From Cenococcum geophilum (lineage: Eukaryota), in assembly GCA_050273025.1 (NCBI GenBank), contig CP158635.1:8370001-8434000 (forward strand): a stretch of 64,000 nucleotides of DNA. The letters are read 5' to 3'. Made by a program: the position numbers and the translations under genes. The notes under the pieces are model-generated. The model searched no databases. It was not told the DNA's origin and was given only the letters and a program-made list of their open reading frames with translations. This document shows, one piece after another, positions 40,000 through 53,414 of this stretch (position 1 is its first letter; the number at the start of each line of letters is the position of its first letter).

Positions 40000-41230
40000 G
40001 CGATTTAAGTGAGCCCCTCTCTGCCACTAGGCCTCTATCGCGACTCCCTACTTTAGTATAGTAATAGAGCCTCCTCCTCAACCAACGCCCCCTCTGTAAT
40101 TAACACTTGCTATACCTTCGCCTACCTCCCGTAGGAGCCGTAGCAGAGCTATAGCAACGCCCGCATCGCCTATGACTCCTACGACGCCCGTAGGGCACAG
40201 GAACGCGCGTATAAGATAGATAGGCGAGATAGAGGAGGCGATGTTAGAAGGCCTTGTTAAGGCTGTTAAGAAAGGATTTTATATAGATAGCTCTTACAAA
40301 TCTAACGGCTAGAAGATTGCTCTTAATTATACGCTTGCCGTTGCCTAGTAGCCTATTACTCTTAAGTAAATTAAGAGCAAGTATGATAACCATAAGAAGG
40401 ACTAAAAGCTGTAGAAGGAGCTCTATAGCCTCTTTAGCTAGGGGTAGGATAAAGATAAAGGCGTGCCTATTGCCAGTAAGGAAGTTATAAAGGCCTACTT
40501 TAAAGCCAATCCTACTGCTAAGAAGTTTTGTAATACGCCGCCTGCCTTCCTAGATCTAATATAGGAGCTATTTAACAGAGTTCTAGCGACAGGCGGTTAT
40601 GTAAGGTCAATTAATAAAGTAATTAAGAGCTCTATAGACCCCAAACTTCTCTTAGCGGCGGCCTTATAGGCATTAGATTTAGTAAATAAGGAAGATAAGG
40701 AGGAGGCTAAGGAGGCTAAGAAGACTAAGGAGACTAAGGAGACCGAGGAGGAAGTAGATAAGGCCTTTAAGTTAGAGTCAGCTTAAAGCTCTATTAAAGG
40801 CAGTTAACTAAGCTTACCTTTAGCTGAGCGCCCTAGTCCTTCTAAATCTTTCTTAACGCTAAGTTAACCTTCTTTACTAGCTATACGGAAGTGGGCTATT
40901 AAGTAAGCTACTAGAGCCACTAAATCTAGTATAAAGCGCCAGTAAGGAAGACAGCGAGTTATAAAGGCACTAGAGGAGACGGTAGAGAAGGTAATGAGAG
41001 AGATAAGGGCTATAAGAGAGTTAATTGCCTAGAAGTCTCCTTAAGAGAAGGCCTCCGCAGAGTTTATCTACGAGTTTAGTAACTTAAATCCTATAAAGCA
41101 GCTAGCTATTTTATAAGCTTTTAAGACAGAGTCTACTACTAGATTGTTTCTTATAATAGCTAGAGTTACAGAGCTTCGGCAAAGCTTAATTAACGATATT
41201 TTAGCTAGCAGGAAGGAGGACGTGTAGGAG
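40000..41230 (+). pseudogene. Harbinger Myb/SANT-like accessory protein
   Basis: De-RIP WTGEMEEAMLEGLVEAVKKG...DGWKIA...IKSKYDNHKKDWKLWKEL..GWG at ~40218-40445. Boundaries approximate. Confidence 0.75.
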
Positions 41231-41384
41231 AGCAAGCTTTGGGTAAGATTTTGGGTAAGATCCAAGTCGCTCTTTAGAGCCGTTATATATAGGCAATTAG
41301 TGGGCAATATAAAGAGGGAAACTATATAAATTTCTATTATAAATACACCCAAATCTACTATATATTCTTAAGCAATCGGCTTAC

Positions 41385-42610
41385 TAATTACCTAGCAGTA
41401 ACTCTCCTACATAAGCTTTGTAATCTCATTACGTCTTTAGTTTATAACTATATTACTTTCTACCTCTGCAAGCTCCACGTCTTCTTTATTTATAACCTTA
41501 TCCTCCACCTCTAGATTATTATCTAAATTATCCGGTTTATTTATATTAATAAAGTTATAAACCGTAGCTAAAGCGTATACTACATCTACCTATATACTTA
41601 AAGGGAGACTACGCCTACCGGCCTTAAAGTACCGGAAACGATGCTTAAAAACTCCTATAGTACGCTCTACTACATTCCTTAGTGCTACGTGCCAAAGATT
41701 ATAGAGCTCCTTCGCGTTCTATAGCCGTATATTTACCTACAATTGCTTACAAAGATAATATCGTACACTGTAGTAGGGAGTTAGGGTTATAGGCGTATTA
41801 GAGTACCCGGCATCTGCAATATAGTATCTACTAGGTAAAGCTTTAAATCCTTTAGCTCTCGCTAAATTAAGGACTCTAGAGTTATAAGTAGAGCCCTCCC
41901 AACCGGCTAGAATATAGAGGAAGTTTATTTAGAAATTAACAACTATAAAAACGTTCTATAATAATCCTCCCTTCCTTTTATACTATGGAGCTTACCTTAT
42001 ATACCCGCCGGGTATAGAAATTAGTAGATAAGTACCGTTAAGAGCTCTAATACAATTGGCAAAAAAAGGATATTGTTTAGGGTTATCAGTAATCTCTTCC
42101 GGAGTACAGTTCTTAGGAAGCCAAACGACTTCCTTATGCAATTTTAGAAGGCTAAGAAGGACTTTATATACGGCTCTACAAGGCAGCAAATTAATATTAG
42201 AAGTTTATAGCTAGCAGGTAAATACTTACTAGTAGATCATTGCAGATAAGTGTTAAGTTACCTCACTCAGTAATCTATATAACGAATTATTACTAAATAT
42301 TATTAGGAATATTAATAGCTTCTTAGCCGCTAATAAAAGCTTCATGTCCTTTAAGTCGCTATATAGTTATAACCAATTAAGAAGCTTCCTAAACACCTTA
42401 GGCTTTATACGAGTTAGATTTACAAGTCGTTGCTTATAGCCGTAGAGCAACTAAAACGTCCACCTTGTTCCTCGCCATATATTAGTATACTAAGTACAGA
42501 CGCCCCCCGGAAACAAGCTTATCGCGATTATAAAGGTTAAGATAATAACATCAGATAAGGCTTGTAAATGCGACAGCAGTATCGCGGTTAGGGTGTGTAG
42601 AGTCGCCATA
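41385..42610 (-). pseudogene. Harbinger DDE (DDE_Tnp_4-type) transposase
   Basis: YPFFANCIRALNGTYL (canonical CIGALDGTH), LAGWEGS, YYIADAGY, LRNVVERTIGVFKHRF. Confidence 0.88.
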
Positions 42611-43690
42611 TTATAAGAAGTCGTTACTTTAGCGCGTATATAAGAGCTTAGATTAATATAGAATATAAAACGGAGGCTTAAGGGCAGCATATTAAAACGG
42701 TGCCAAGAACCTCATTTCAACTACCGTATATAGTATAGCTTGCAAATTTGACGCGCTTACCGATATGGAGGAGCTCCATATTCAAAAGTCGTCAGATTTA
42801 CCGAACGACAGCCTCATATTTAGATTTAAGCTCCATATCGGTTAAATATGGAGCCTCCATATTGAATATAAAGTTGTAACCGAACGGCCTCTAAGTAAGG
42901 CTACTTTATAGCATGCACAGAAGAAATCTTAGTAGAAGATATCGCTAGAATCTATATTAAAGAAGTATTTATAAGATATAGAGTATTAAATAAGATTATA
43001 TTGGATAGAGATCTAAGATTTATAGTAGTATTTTAGGGGGTATTCTTAGCGGAATAAGGAGTTTATACAGCAATACTAATAGTATACTATCCGCAGACGG
43101 ACGGATAAACGGAAAGATTAAATTAGACACTAGAATATTATTTAAGATATTATATTAATTATGCGTAGAATAATTGGGTATTATTATTACTAGTTATATA
43201 GTTTATATATAGCGCAACACTATAAAAAGGAATAGGTATATTACTATTTAAGGCAAATTATGGATATAAGCTAAGAATATTATTATTACTACGGCAAGTA
43301 AAGAAAATAAGTAGTATAGCTAAAGAAAGAATAAAAATATTAATAAATCTTTATATAGACCTTATAGAATTAGTGAAAAAGGTATAAGAAAGAATAAAAA
43401 GGTACTATAACGCTAAGAGATCTAAAGGACCAGATCTTAAGGAGGGGGATAAAGTATAGCTACTATATAAAAATTTTAAGAGTTAATAACTAAGCAAAAA
43501 GTTAGACTATATTAGACTAGAACCTTTTAAAATTATATAAAGGATTTCACCGGTTATATTTAAGTTAAACCTACTAGCTAAAATAAAGATCTACCCTATA
43601 TAGTATACCGCAATACTAAAACCAGTATATAAGAATATTAAACTATTAATTTATAAAGCAGATATATATAGAGGATAAGAAGAAGACAAA

Positions 43691-45817
43691 AAGTTTTACC
43701 ACACATGCAACCTTACCAAAAGGTAGCGCCACACTCCAAAACTTACGCATACCCATCTTACCATCAAAAACAATCTATTTTCTAACTTTCAAGACCTAAT
43801 TCCCACTGCCTAGCGAGCTAGAGGTGGATTTATTTGTTATTTTACCCCCTTTTCCCAACAGAAAAATTTCTTTAAGGGTGGCCCTAGCTTATAAGCGAGG
43901 CACGGATAGGAACACTAAAACTACTACTACTACTATTAATACCAAAACTATAAAATAGGGGCTAGTTTCTCTACTACCTCTTAGCCTAATCTCCCCAGAA
44001 ATCTTCTAGTAGGATTAGTAAGGAGAAAAGGGTATAAGAATAGTAAAAACTAGGAAAACCTCCCTATAAGACACAAAATGCCAAGGCCTAGTAGGCCTAA
44101 AAAGAAACCTATAGAAATAAGTGATAATGAGCCTATATCTACACTTACTTTTTCTACCCCTTCTCCTTCCCCTAGCCTATTTGGGACAGGAGAAAAAAGA
44201 GGATATCCTTAGTCTTCTACTAAAAAAGAAAACTAAAAACCTACAAAAAAGACAACCAAAATAATAACTTTTATGGCTGGTATACCTAGTATATCTTTCT
44301 CTCCCCTTTCTCCAGAACAACACCTATAAAAGGCTTTAGATAGCCTAACCCAGGCCTATAAAGGGCTAGAAGAAGAAGAAGAAGAAGAAGAAGAAGAAGA
44401 AAATAAAAAGGAACAAGTTAAACAGCTAGAGGACTATACACGTAGTATCCTAGTAGGAGTAAACCCCTTTATAAAAGGAAAAGAAAAGACAAATAATGTC
44501 CTAAAAGGACTAGTCGAAGAAGTAAGAGCTCTCCGTAAGGAGGTAGCCCCTACTAAAGAAACCTACGCAGAGAGGCTAAAGAAGGACCTCCCTACTTCGT
44601 CCTCTCTACCCTCCTCATTACTACCATTTCCTACTCCTTCTACTTCTACTAGAAGTAAGAAAAAGCAGCTATAAGAAAGAAAGCTAGTCCTAATTACAGA
44701 CTAAAAGGACTAACCTTTAGATATCTTCTCTATACGAAACAAAGTTAATTAACTATTTGCATTAAAACTGCAAGTAGAAAAACCTGTTTTAGTATCCATA
44801 GCTAGAACTAAAGGAAAACAAAATATTCTCCTTATGACTATAGAAGAGTATAATGCGGATTTCCTAGTTAAATATAAAGAAATCTGGCATAACTGCTTTA
44901 CCTTTTAAAGAGAATAAAAACTAGAACCTTGGGTTTAAATTATAGCCTATAGGGTTCCTACCCTACCTTTCTTAGGAGAAGGAGGCTCTAAGCTTCTAAA
45001 AGAAGAAATTAAGACCTTTAATCCTATAAGGATACAAGGACTACCTAGATAGATCTTATCTAGTGTAAAAAGACACAATCTATAGACTAGATTTGGCTCT
45101 ATAGTTTTTACTATAAAGAACGAAGAAAAAAGACAAGAAATCCTTAAGCAAAAAGAGATATTAATTGCAGGTACAGCTACTAAGGTAGTAAAATACCTCG
45201 AAGTCTCTCCTACTACGCAGTGTACGAGCTGCCAAAAATTTGGCTATATAGGAGACAGGTGCTCTACTAGGGCCTGCAGATACTATGCGGCTGCATATTT
45301 ATCTAAAGACCATTCCTGTTTTACCTGTATAATAATAGGCAAGCCTTACTAGCATACCACCCCTCTTTGTATTAATTGTAAAGGAAAACACTTTGCTAAT
45401 AGTAAAGACTATAAGACTCTTAAAGCTGCTAAACTAGTACGTAAAGAAGATTCTATGGAAGAATAAAAACAGATAGGATTCTAGAAGGAAGCAACTCCTA
45501 CTAGGCTCTTAAAAAGATATTAGAGAGCAAAAGAACAGAAATAAATTGCAAAAGGACAGGGACAGGGGTTAGGATTTCTTATAGTTTTTCTTACCATTTT
45601 CTCATTCCCTAGTAGTTGTAGTATCTTAGTATTTTACTAGGAAACTATAAACTCCTAATTTAGGGGTTTATAAACTACTAGGATATAGCTACTAGTATAT
45701 ATTAAGCTGCCTAGAAAGGATTTATGTATATAGAACTATAGCGCCATAGCCTAAGGCTGCATACGTAGTATTGTACGTAGTATAATACAATGGATAAAAA
45801 AAAATATATTAAAAAAA
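43691..45817 (+). mobile_element. Tad1-like non-LTR element carrying ORF1 only (ORF2 deleted)
   Basis: 14-bp TSD AAGAAGAAGACAAA (43677-90 and 45818-31), A-rich tail, ORF1 with zinc knuckles, and only ~100 nt of the ORF2 3' end. Confidence 0.88.
44078..45466 (+). pseudogene. LINE ORF1 (gag-like nucleic-acid-binding protein), lightly RIPed
   Basis: ATG 44078 and TAA 45466 are in frame (463 codons) with RIP stops between. QCTSCQKFG(H)..DRC, CR(YC)AAAHLSKDHSC, CINCKGKHFANSKD. Confidence 0.85.
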
Positions 45818-47462
45818 AAGAAGAAGACAAATAGTAAGTTTTAAAGATTATTAGTTATAAGGATATTAATAATAAAATATAGTATAAGGTTAAGTAGATA
45901 GGCTATAATAAGACTACTTAGGAACTACTATAAAATTTAAAAAACGCTATAGGAAAGATATAGAAGTATTAAAAGAAAATGGGTTAGGTAATATTAAGAA
46001 GGAGCTAAAGATAAAGGGATTAGTTAAAGGTAATAGAGGAGCTGAATTATTTAAGGAATCTACTACTAGCGTATAAGCTGTTTCCGCCTCTTCTTAATTA
46101 GAATTCTTTTTAGCCTTTTTAGCCTTAAGTTTAGATAGACCTTATTTTACTAAACATAGCTCTTTTAAGCGCACCTTTTTATAAACCTTTACTAGATGGC
46201 TTAGGCGAGTATAAGTATCTAGTTAAGCTTTTAGAGCCTAAAACGCCTTATTAAAATAACGTTAAACCTTAATAAGGGCCTTAGCTAGCTTACTCTCTAG
46301 TTTTTTAGCCGCTACTAATACGCGTAACCCTAAAACAAATTAAATAAGGAACTAGACGGTTATAAAGATTAATAAGATATATATACTTAGCGTTAGAAAT
46401 AGATTAAATATTATAGAATAATTGTATATTCGCTTATGTGTACTTAGTACAGAAGGAAGGTTAGCAACTAAATAAAGCCGCGATTATAATATATACTAAC
46501 TTCTTCTCTATATAATAAGAGTAGGACGGTATAACTTTACTAAGTAAAAGAATAAATATTACTAGCTAGTTACGACAATTAGACGCAGAGGATTTAATAA
46601 AAGGTATTAGGAATAATAAAGATTATTAAATTAAAGATGGGAATGCTATACCTCTAATAGACGACTTAGAGATAGGAGGTATCTTTAAGGATAAAAATAA
46701 AGAGAAGGGGGATAGTGTTACGGACCTTATATTAGTAGTAGTACGACTACTAAAAATAGATATAAATGGGTTGGTTAAGATAGTATAGGAGGCGCTAAAA
46801 CTAATTAAGCTATAGAATAAGGGGTAGCTAAGTTATATAGCTAGTTATGTTATAAGTTTAGAATATAGAAACGTAGGAATATAGAAATGTAACGTACTAA
46901 CATACTAACGTACTAAACCCTTTACTATAGGGAGGAGTTATATATTTAAGGACGTACGGTCTCTATAGATAGTTTCTCTTCTTTATATTAAATCTTAGAA
47001 TATAATTAAAGTTAATCTATTAGGCAACCACTCCATTAGTTATTATTACGTTATTAACTATTCTATACCTATATACCTAGCCCATTAACAAGTCTACCAT
47101 AGTATTTCCTACAAGGCTTTGTTATATAGCCCGCTATTTACTACCCTATTTAGAATCTGGTACTACTATAAAAGGATTACCTCTAAGCCCCTTAGTCTAC
47201 TTACGTTAAAAGGCCTATATGAACTTTATTATATAGCATATACAATATATAGGCGGCTACTTAAGCTAGAGCTTAAGCTTAAGCTTAAACTTAGGCTTTT
47301 ACTATAGCTATAGTAGCGGTAGTAAAGTAATAGAGGGGAAAAGATAGAAAGATAAAGCGGAAGCTATAGCGCTTACTAGGCTAACGCTTATATTACTACT
47401 ATAGTAGATTATAAAATATAATGCTAGTAAAAAAACAAATTTAGAGACTATCTATTAGCTAG

Positions 47463-47806
47463 CGTAACAGGCTCCCCTAAAAGGTATATATTAGATAAAA
47501 TAGATAATAGTTTTACTAATATCCTATAAATGTCCTAGAGAAGATATAGTTAGATAAATAAGGGGTAAAGGGTTTTACTAGTGTCTTAGAAGGATTATAA
47601 AGGGAGCTAGTTCTCCTCTAGAGAAGAACTAGTAATTAGTCTCTAAATAGAAGAGGTTAGAAAGCATTTATCCTTTAATATATAACGCTCGTTCTACCTT
47701 TAACTTACCTTTAACTTACCTTTAACTTACCTTCTCCTTATTTATAACTCTTACTCTATACTATTAATTAGATAATTATACGTTCTAATTAGACTAGCTT
47801 TTTATA
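47463..47806 (+). repeat. LTR of gypsy family A (solo, or 5' LTR of a truncated copy)
   Basis: Collinear with 6334-6652, including the (TTTAACTTACC)n block. Confidence 0.85.
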
Positions 47807-48049
47807 ATTTTAATTACTTATAATCCGTTACGGAAGGAACGTATAGCTATTAATTAACAATAATAGGCTATACTACCTTACCCCCTAAAATAATGCCTTT
47901 ACTATAAGAGGCTAATAGAGTCTCCTTAGAGGAGCGTATACCCTCTACTTATAAAAGAGTAAACTAGGAAGCTATAGCTAGTCAATCTAACCTTATAAAC
48001 CCTTTAAAAACAATTACTATTAGGGGGTTATTAAAGCGGTTACTATATA

Positions 48050-49362
48050 AGACCTATAAAAAATAAAGGAGTTAGAGATATAATAAGGACATTAACAACG
48101 AAATATAGTATAAAGTAAAGTGAATAGGCTATAATAAGACTACCTAGAAACTATTATAGAACCTAAAAAACGCTATAGAATAGGTATAGGAGTATTAACG
48201 GAGAATAGGTTAGGTAATATTCAAAAAAAAGCTAAAGATAAAAGGATTAGTTAAAGGCGATAAACGAGCTAAATTATCTATAGGATCTACTACTAGCGTA
48301 TAAACTGTTTCCGCCTCTTCTTAATTAGAATCCTTTTTAGCCTCCTTAGCCTTAAGCTTATAGAGACCTTACTTAGCAAGACGTAACTCCTTAAAGCGCA
48401 CCTTTTTATAACCCTTTTTAAGACGGAGTAACCGAGCGTAGATAGCTAGTTAAGCCTTAAATACTTTCCGCCCTTTAGCGCGAATCCGCTTCCTATTATC
48501 TTAGAGCTTTTATACCTTAGCTAGGGCTATAGCTAACTAATCCTTAAAATAGAATGCGGTAGATTAAACACAAGACCCTATAATAGATTAGGTAAGATAC
48601 TAGATAATTATAAAAAATTATAAAATATATATACTTAGCGTTAGAAACGGATTAAATATTATAGGATAATCGCATATTTACTCGCAAATACTTAGTATAA
48701 GAAGAAGATTAGCGACTAGATAGAGCTATAATTATAATATATACTAATTTCTTCTCCTTATAATAAGAATAGGACAGTATAACTTTACTAAGCGATAATA
48801 TAGTAGTTACTAGCTAACTATAATAATTAGATAAAAAAGATTTAATAAAAGGTATTAGAAATAATAAAGGTTATTAAATTAAAGATAGGAATGCTATATC
48901 TTTAATAAATAACTTAGAGATAGGAGAAATCTTTAAGGATAAAGATAGAGAGGAGGGGGGTAGTGTTATGGACCTTATATTAGCAGTAGTAGAACTACTA
49001 AAAAGAGATATAAATAGATTAGTTAAGATAATACAGGAGGCGCTAGAACTAGTTAGACTATAGGATAAGGGATAACTAAGTTATATAGCTAGTTACGTTA
49101 TAAGTTTAGAATATAGGATAGACTAACGTACTAATATACTAATATACTTAGTATATTTCTTAGGCGCAGTATTATATATTTAAAGGAATATAGTCCCTAC
49201 CTAGATAGTTCTCTTCTTATAGTAAATCTTAGAATATAATTAGAGTTAATCTATTAATTAACTTACTCTACCAGTTATATTATTATTTAACTTTCTATTT
49301 ACCTATATACCTAGCTTAATAACAAGTCCACTATATAGTATTTCCTATAAGTATTTATTACA
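48050..49362 (+). mobile_element. 3' fragment of gypsy family B (chromodomain, antisense Zn-cluster gene, PPT, LTR 48964-49362)
   Basis: Aligns with 45830-47126. Confidence 0.88.
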
Positions 49363-49414
49363 ATACTGCGAGGAATAAAAGGATGTTTAATTAAGAGTTT
49401 CGCGTTTTATTACT

Positions 49415-50942
49415 ATAGAGTCCGCCTAAACGTGTTCTACTACTAATATCCTTAGTTTAGCCTTTGCTCCTTAGTCCTTTAATTACTTAATTCTTAACCT
49501 CTAGGTTTCTATAGTCTTCTATCTTATTATTTTAATTCTTTAGTATTACTTAAGTCTATTAGTTCTGCGCTACACTATAGTTTTAATACCTACTATAACG
49601 CTTAATTTATCTATACTAGTTCAATTATACTTCTACCGCCTTTCTTAGACTAGTAAAATCTATTATTAACTTTAATTACTTAGTTAATCAATTTTCTTAT
49701 AGTTGTTGCGTCTTCTATAGGTATTATCATTATTTAAACTTTAACCTTTAATCCTCTTTAGTATTACGCTATTAACGCCCAACCTAATAAAAATAATTCT
49801 GTGTACGCGACTTAGTCTAATAATATAGGCAACTTAGCCCCTTTATATTGTATCTTAAACCTTATTTGCATAAAAAAACCCTTAAGCTTTAACTTTTCTT
49901 CTAAGAATCGCTTAATAGATAGTATCTTAATTTTTATTATACCAAAATTGTTAAGTTTCTGTTTAAATCCTGCTTAGTTAATATTAATACAATCTATTAC
50001 TTCTCTAAGTCTATCTATTATAACTATCTATAAGTCCTCAAGCTCTCTTATACTTATATTTTCCTAAAATTTAGAGCTTAACCTTAGCGTCGTTATAGGT
50101 ACTATCTTAAGTAGTATACTATTTAACTTACTAATACTATAACTTTAGTAGTAAATATATAACAAAGCCTTATAGAAAATACTATAATAGACTTATTAGT
50201 GGGCTAGGTATATAGGTAATAGGAAATTAATAACGTAAATATAACTAGTAGAGTAGATTACCTAATAGATTAACATTAATTATATTCTAAGATTTACTAT
50301 AAAGAAGAGAACTATCTAGGTAGGGACTATAGTCCTTTAAATATATAATACTACGCCTAAGAAATATACTTAGTACGTTAGTACGTTACCTATGCTCCTA
50401 CGTTTCTATATTTTTATATTTTAAACTTTAAAAATAGCTACTAGAAAGTGGCTAATAGCAGTAGGATCTTTAGAAGGAGGTAACTCCTACTAGGCTTCTA
50501 GTAAATAGATATTAGTGAGTAAAAGGACAGAATTAAACCAAAATAGGATAGGGATAGGCGCTAAGGTTCTTCTTCGTTTATTAAGTCTTTTTTACTATTT
50601 CCCTTCACTACTTAATAGTTATAGCAATTTAGTACTTTACTAGAGAGTTATAAACCCTAAGGGTTTATAAACTATTAGGATATAGCTACTAGTACATATT
50701 AAGCTGCCAGAGAGGATTTATATATATAGAACTATAGCGCCATAGCCTAGAGGCTGCATGCGTAGTATTGTACGTAGTATAATACAATGGATTTTTTTTA
50801 AACTTATAACATAACTAGCCACGTAACTTAGCTACCTCTTATTTTATAGCTTAATTAGTTCTAGCACCTTCTATACTATCTTAACTAACCTATTTATATC
50901 TCTTCTTAGTGGTTATATTATTACTAATATAAGCTCTATAAT
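49415..50942 (-). mobile_element. Gypsy family B 5' fragment (LTR ~50158-50942 plus deleted gag), LTR interrupted by a LINE tail
   Basis: Reverse complement matches the family B LTR and gag start. Confidence 0.8.
50429..50795 (+). mobile_element. 5'-truncated LINE insertion
   Basis: Same 3' end as 45480-45795. TSD TTTTAAACTT (50419-28 and 50796-805). Confidence 0.82.
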
Positions 50943-51966
50943 TGCAGCAGAATAAGAATAAAGGGAAATGGTATACTAGGATTTATAAAGAAAGCTATTC
51001 CTTTTCTCTTAAAGCCCCTAAGGATAGATATCTCAAAAAGTTATAATTGGTTTTCTTTCAGTTAAAGCTAGGAAAAGGCTACTTTAAATCCTTCTTTAAA
51101 ACAATAGGAAAGGATAAAGAAGGCAGATTCTTTAGGGAATGTAACGCTCTATAAACCACTAAGTACCTACAATTAGACTATAGTCTATACAGGGAAGAGA
51201 GAAAGAAAACATAAAGGTAATTAGGTTCTTCTCTCTCTTTAAAGAAGTTGTTTTATATAAGGAAAGAAAAATAAGCGCTTTTTCTATTCCTAAATAGAAT
51301 AGGGATAGCTACTAAAATATAGCTAATAGTAGCAGAATCTTTAAAAGGAGGTAACTCCTACTAAGCTTTTAGTAGATAGATAATAGAGAGTAAAAGAATA
51401 GAAAATAAATTATAAAGGGATAGGGATAGGTATTAAGATCTATTATTTCTTATAGTCTTTTCTAACGTTTTCCCATTACCTAATAGTTATAAATAACTTA
51501 GTATTTTACTAAGGAGTTATCCCTTAACCCGTTGGCTTAGGTCCGTAGCTTATCAATAAGCGCTAGCTAATTAGATTAACTAGATTCTATAGCCGTGCTC
51601 AGATATTTAAAGCCTTTAATATTACTTAATTCTTATATAAAATCTCTATATAAGCTTATCCTTTAGAATTAAGTCGCTTAATATAACGCTGCCGGCAGGA
51701 ATCGTTCTAGCAAAACGGTATCTTGTAGATACTACAGCTAAATTAAGTCAATGGTTGAATTCTATATAGAGCACGCGTAGTTTTAATCTTGGTGTTCGTG
51801 TATAGACTATATACTTAACGGACCCCAATAGGTTAAGGGATAAACTATTAGGCTATAGTTATTAAATAGAGCTATAGCGCTATAGCCAAGAAGCTATATA
51901 TATAGTATTATATATAGTATTATACGTAGTATAATATAATTAGGGTTTTTTTTATATATAAAAAAA
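50943..51966 (+). mobile_element. LINE 3' fragment (ORF2 C-terminus, 3' UTR, A-tail)
   Basis: Shares the ELLLG..ORF2 end and the GTAGTATAAT tail with the other LINE copies. Contains FFQLKLGKGY and a Cys/His motif. Confidence 0.75.
51528..51832. mobile_element. piggyBac-like MITE
   Basis: TTAA|CCCGTTGG...CCAATAGG|TTAA with subterminal GTCCGT/ACGGAC. Removing it restores the LINE hairpin TTATCCCTTAAGGGATAA. Confidence 0.75.
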
Positions 51967-52135
51967 CCTTAATACCTATACAATTTAAATCTATTAAAAT
52001 AACCCTTAGATCCTTTACTCTATACTTAATTCTACCTTATTTATTATAGTAAATAGTTGTCGTATAAAGCCTATATTGTGGAAGGGTACAGTCTTTCTTA
52101 GATGAGGAGTTACGGTACTATTAGTCGGTCAGTTA

Positions 52136-52789
52136 GGAAGTGTTTGGTTTAGGGTTTAGAAGCGATCTAGAGCCTTTAGATCAGAATTAATCTGGAGCTC
52201 CAATCTAATCTGGAGGCGGGTGTTCGGTATATCTGGCGACTTTTCAATCTAAAGCTCCTCCAGATCGGCAAGCGCGTCAAATTCGCACGCCATACTGTAT
52301 ATAGTAGTTAAACTAAAGCTCTTAGCGTCAGATTAATAAGGAGCCCTTAGTTTCAGTTTTAGATTCCAGACTAAATCTGGAGCTCTGCTTGTGTATACAC
52401 CCAATCGTCCACCCTACCCAGTATGCCCCACTACCCCTCCCACCAACAATATTGCTACTGCAGCTGCAGGCCCTATGCGACGTCTGGGTGAGTGGTAATT
52501 AATGTATAAAGACTTCGCTAATTCTAATTCTTATCTAAAGCTTTCTTGTAAGCTTTACAGTGTGTGGGAATTATATAAACGACTTAATTGTAAATCTATG
52601 GAAATTAAGTGATATAAATACATAAAAGTAGACCCCTAACTCCGAAACCTATAACCCAATCTTTAACTATATCCAAGATATACGAGGGTGGTGCTAATCC
52701 TGTCTCGGGGCCCTTTAGGCGTTAATCTTATGTCTTAATACAGTGCTGGTAGTCGGTTATATTTCTAGAGCGCTTAACCGAACACTCGG
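52136..52789. mobile_element. Non-autonomous Harbinger-related derivative
   Basis: AGTGTTTGGTT...AACCGAACACT ends. 52222-52310 matches the reverse complement of Harbinger subterminal 42720-42810. Confidence 0.65.
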
Positions 52790-53414
52790 CTTTAGATTAG
52801 ATTAAGTACAACTACCAGATTAAGCGCCGCTAAATATGTACTAGTTGAAGACTCTAGGGCTACAGGCCAATCTATATCCGTGGAAGGTCTATGCCGTAAC
52901 GGGACTGTCCCGTTACAGTAAAGGACGTCTCGGTGAACACTCGACGATAGCGGAATTCTGTCAAAGCCTCTCGAAGCACGTGCACGTACCACGGTTACCC
53001 CTATCTTGACCACGTCGACCCGAATTTGTTCTGTTCCTTGTCCGAACGTCTTGTTACTTGCAAGGTCTACCTAATTTAGCTCTCAATAGAATCTTATTTC
53101 CTTGAAGCTGCCCCGAAGCACCTTGCCTCCCTTATATATGCTCTCCCGAAACTATACCCAATCTAGATATTAAATTTAGTGGGCCAAATTACCCCACTAT
53201 AAAAAGATCTACTTAATAAGTATATATTTAGCAGTTGAATAATATTTTATAATTAAGTATAAAGTATTTTGAAGAGCTTTTATAAGCCCCTTTTTAATAT
53301 TATTTTTATTTAGAAATCGCTTAATTAGGCTTAGCATAGGGGGTCTAAACTTTAAACTTTAAACTTTACAATGAACTTTAATTTCTAAAAATTCCTATTA
53401 ATCGCTTCCTAGCT

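Larger units (their letters stand above)
39809..42891. mobile_element. PIF/Harbinger DNA transposon (two convergent ORFs), RIPed
   Basis: TIR GAGGCCGTTCGGTT(G/A)CAA and 3-bp TSD TAA. Host integrase sequence resumes at 42892. Confidence 0.95.
34161..47126 (+). mobile_element. Full-length gypsy family B copy 2 (heavily RIPed) with nested Harbinger and LINE
   Basis: LTRs 34161-34551 and 46716-47126. TSD TAGCC (34156-60 and 47127-31). Gag/pol collinear with copy 1. Confidence 0.95.

Noticed and set aside
44368..44401. (GAA)n microsatellite
   Set aside because: Ordinary poly-Glu tract within LINE ORF1.
52896..52916. Palindrome GTAACGGGAC-T-GTCCCGTTAC
   Set aside because: Single occurrence within an unclassified repeat. 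No function can be supported.
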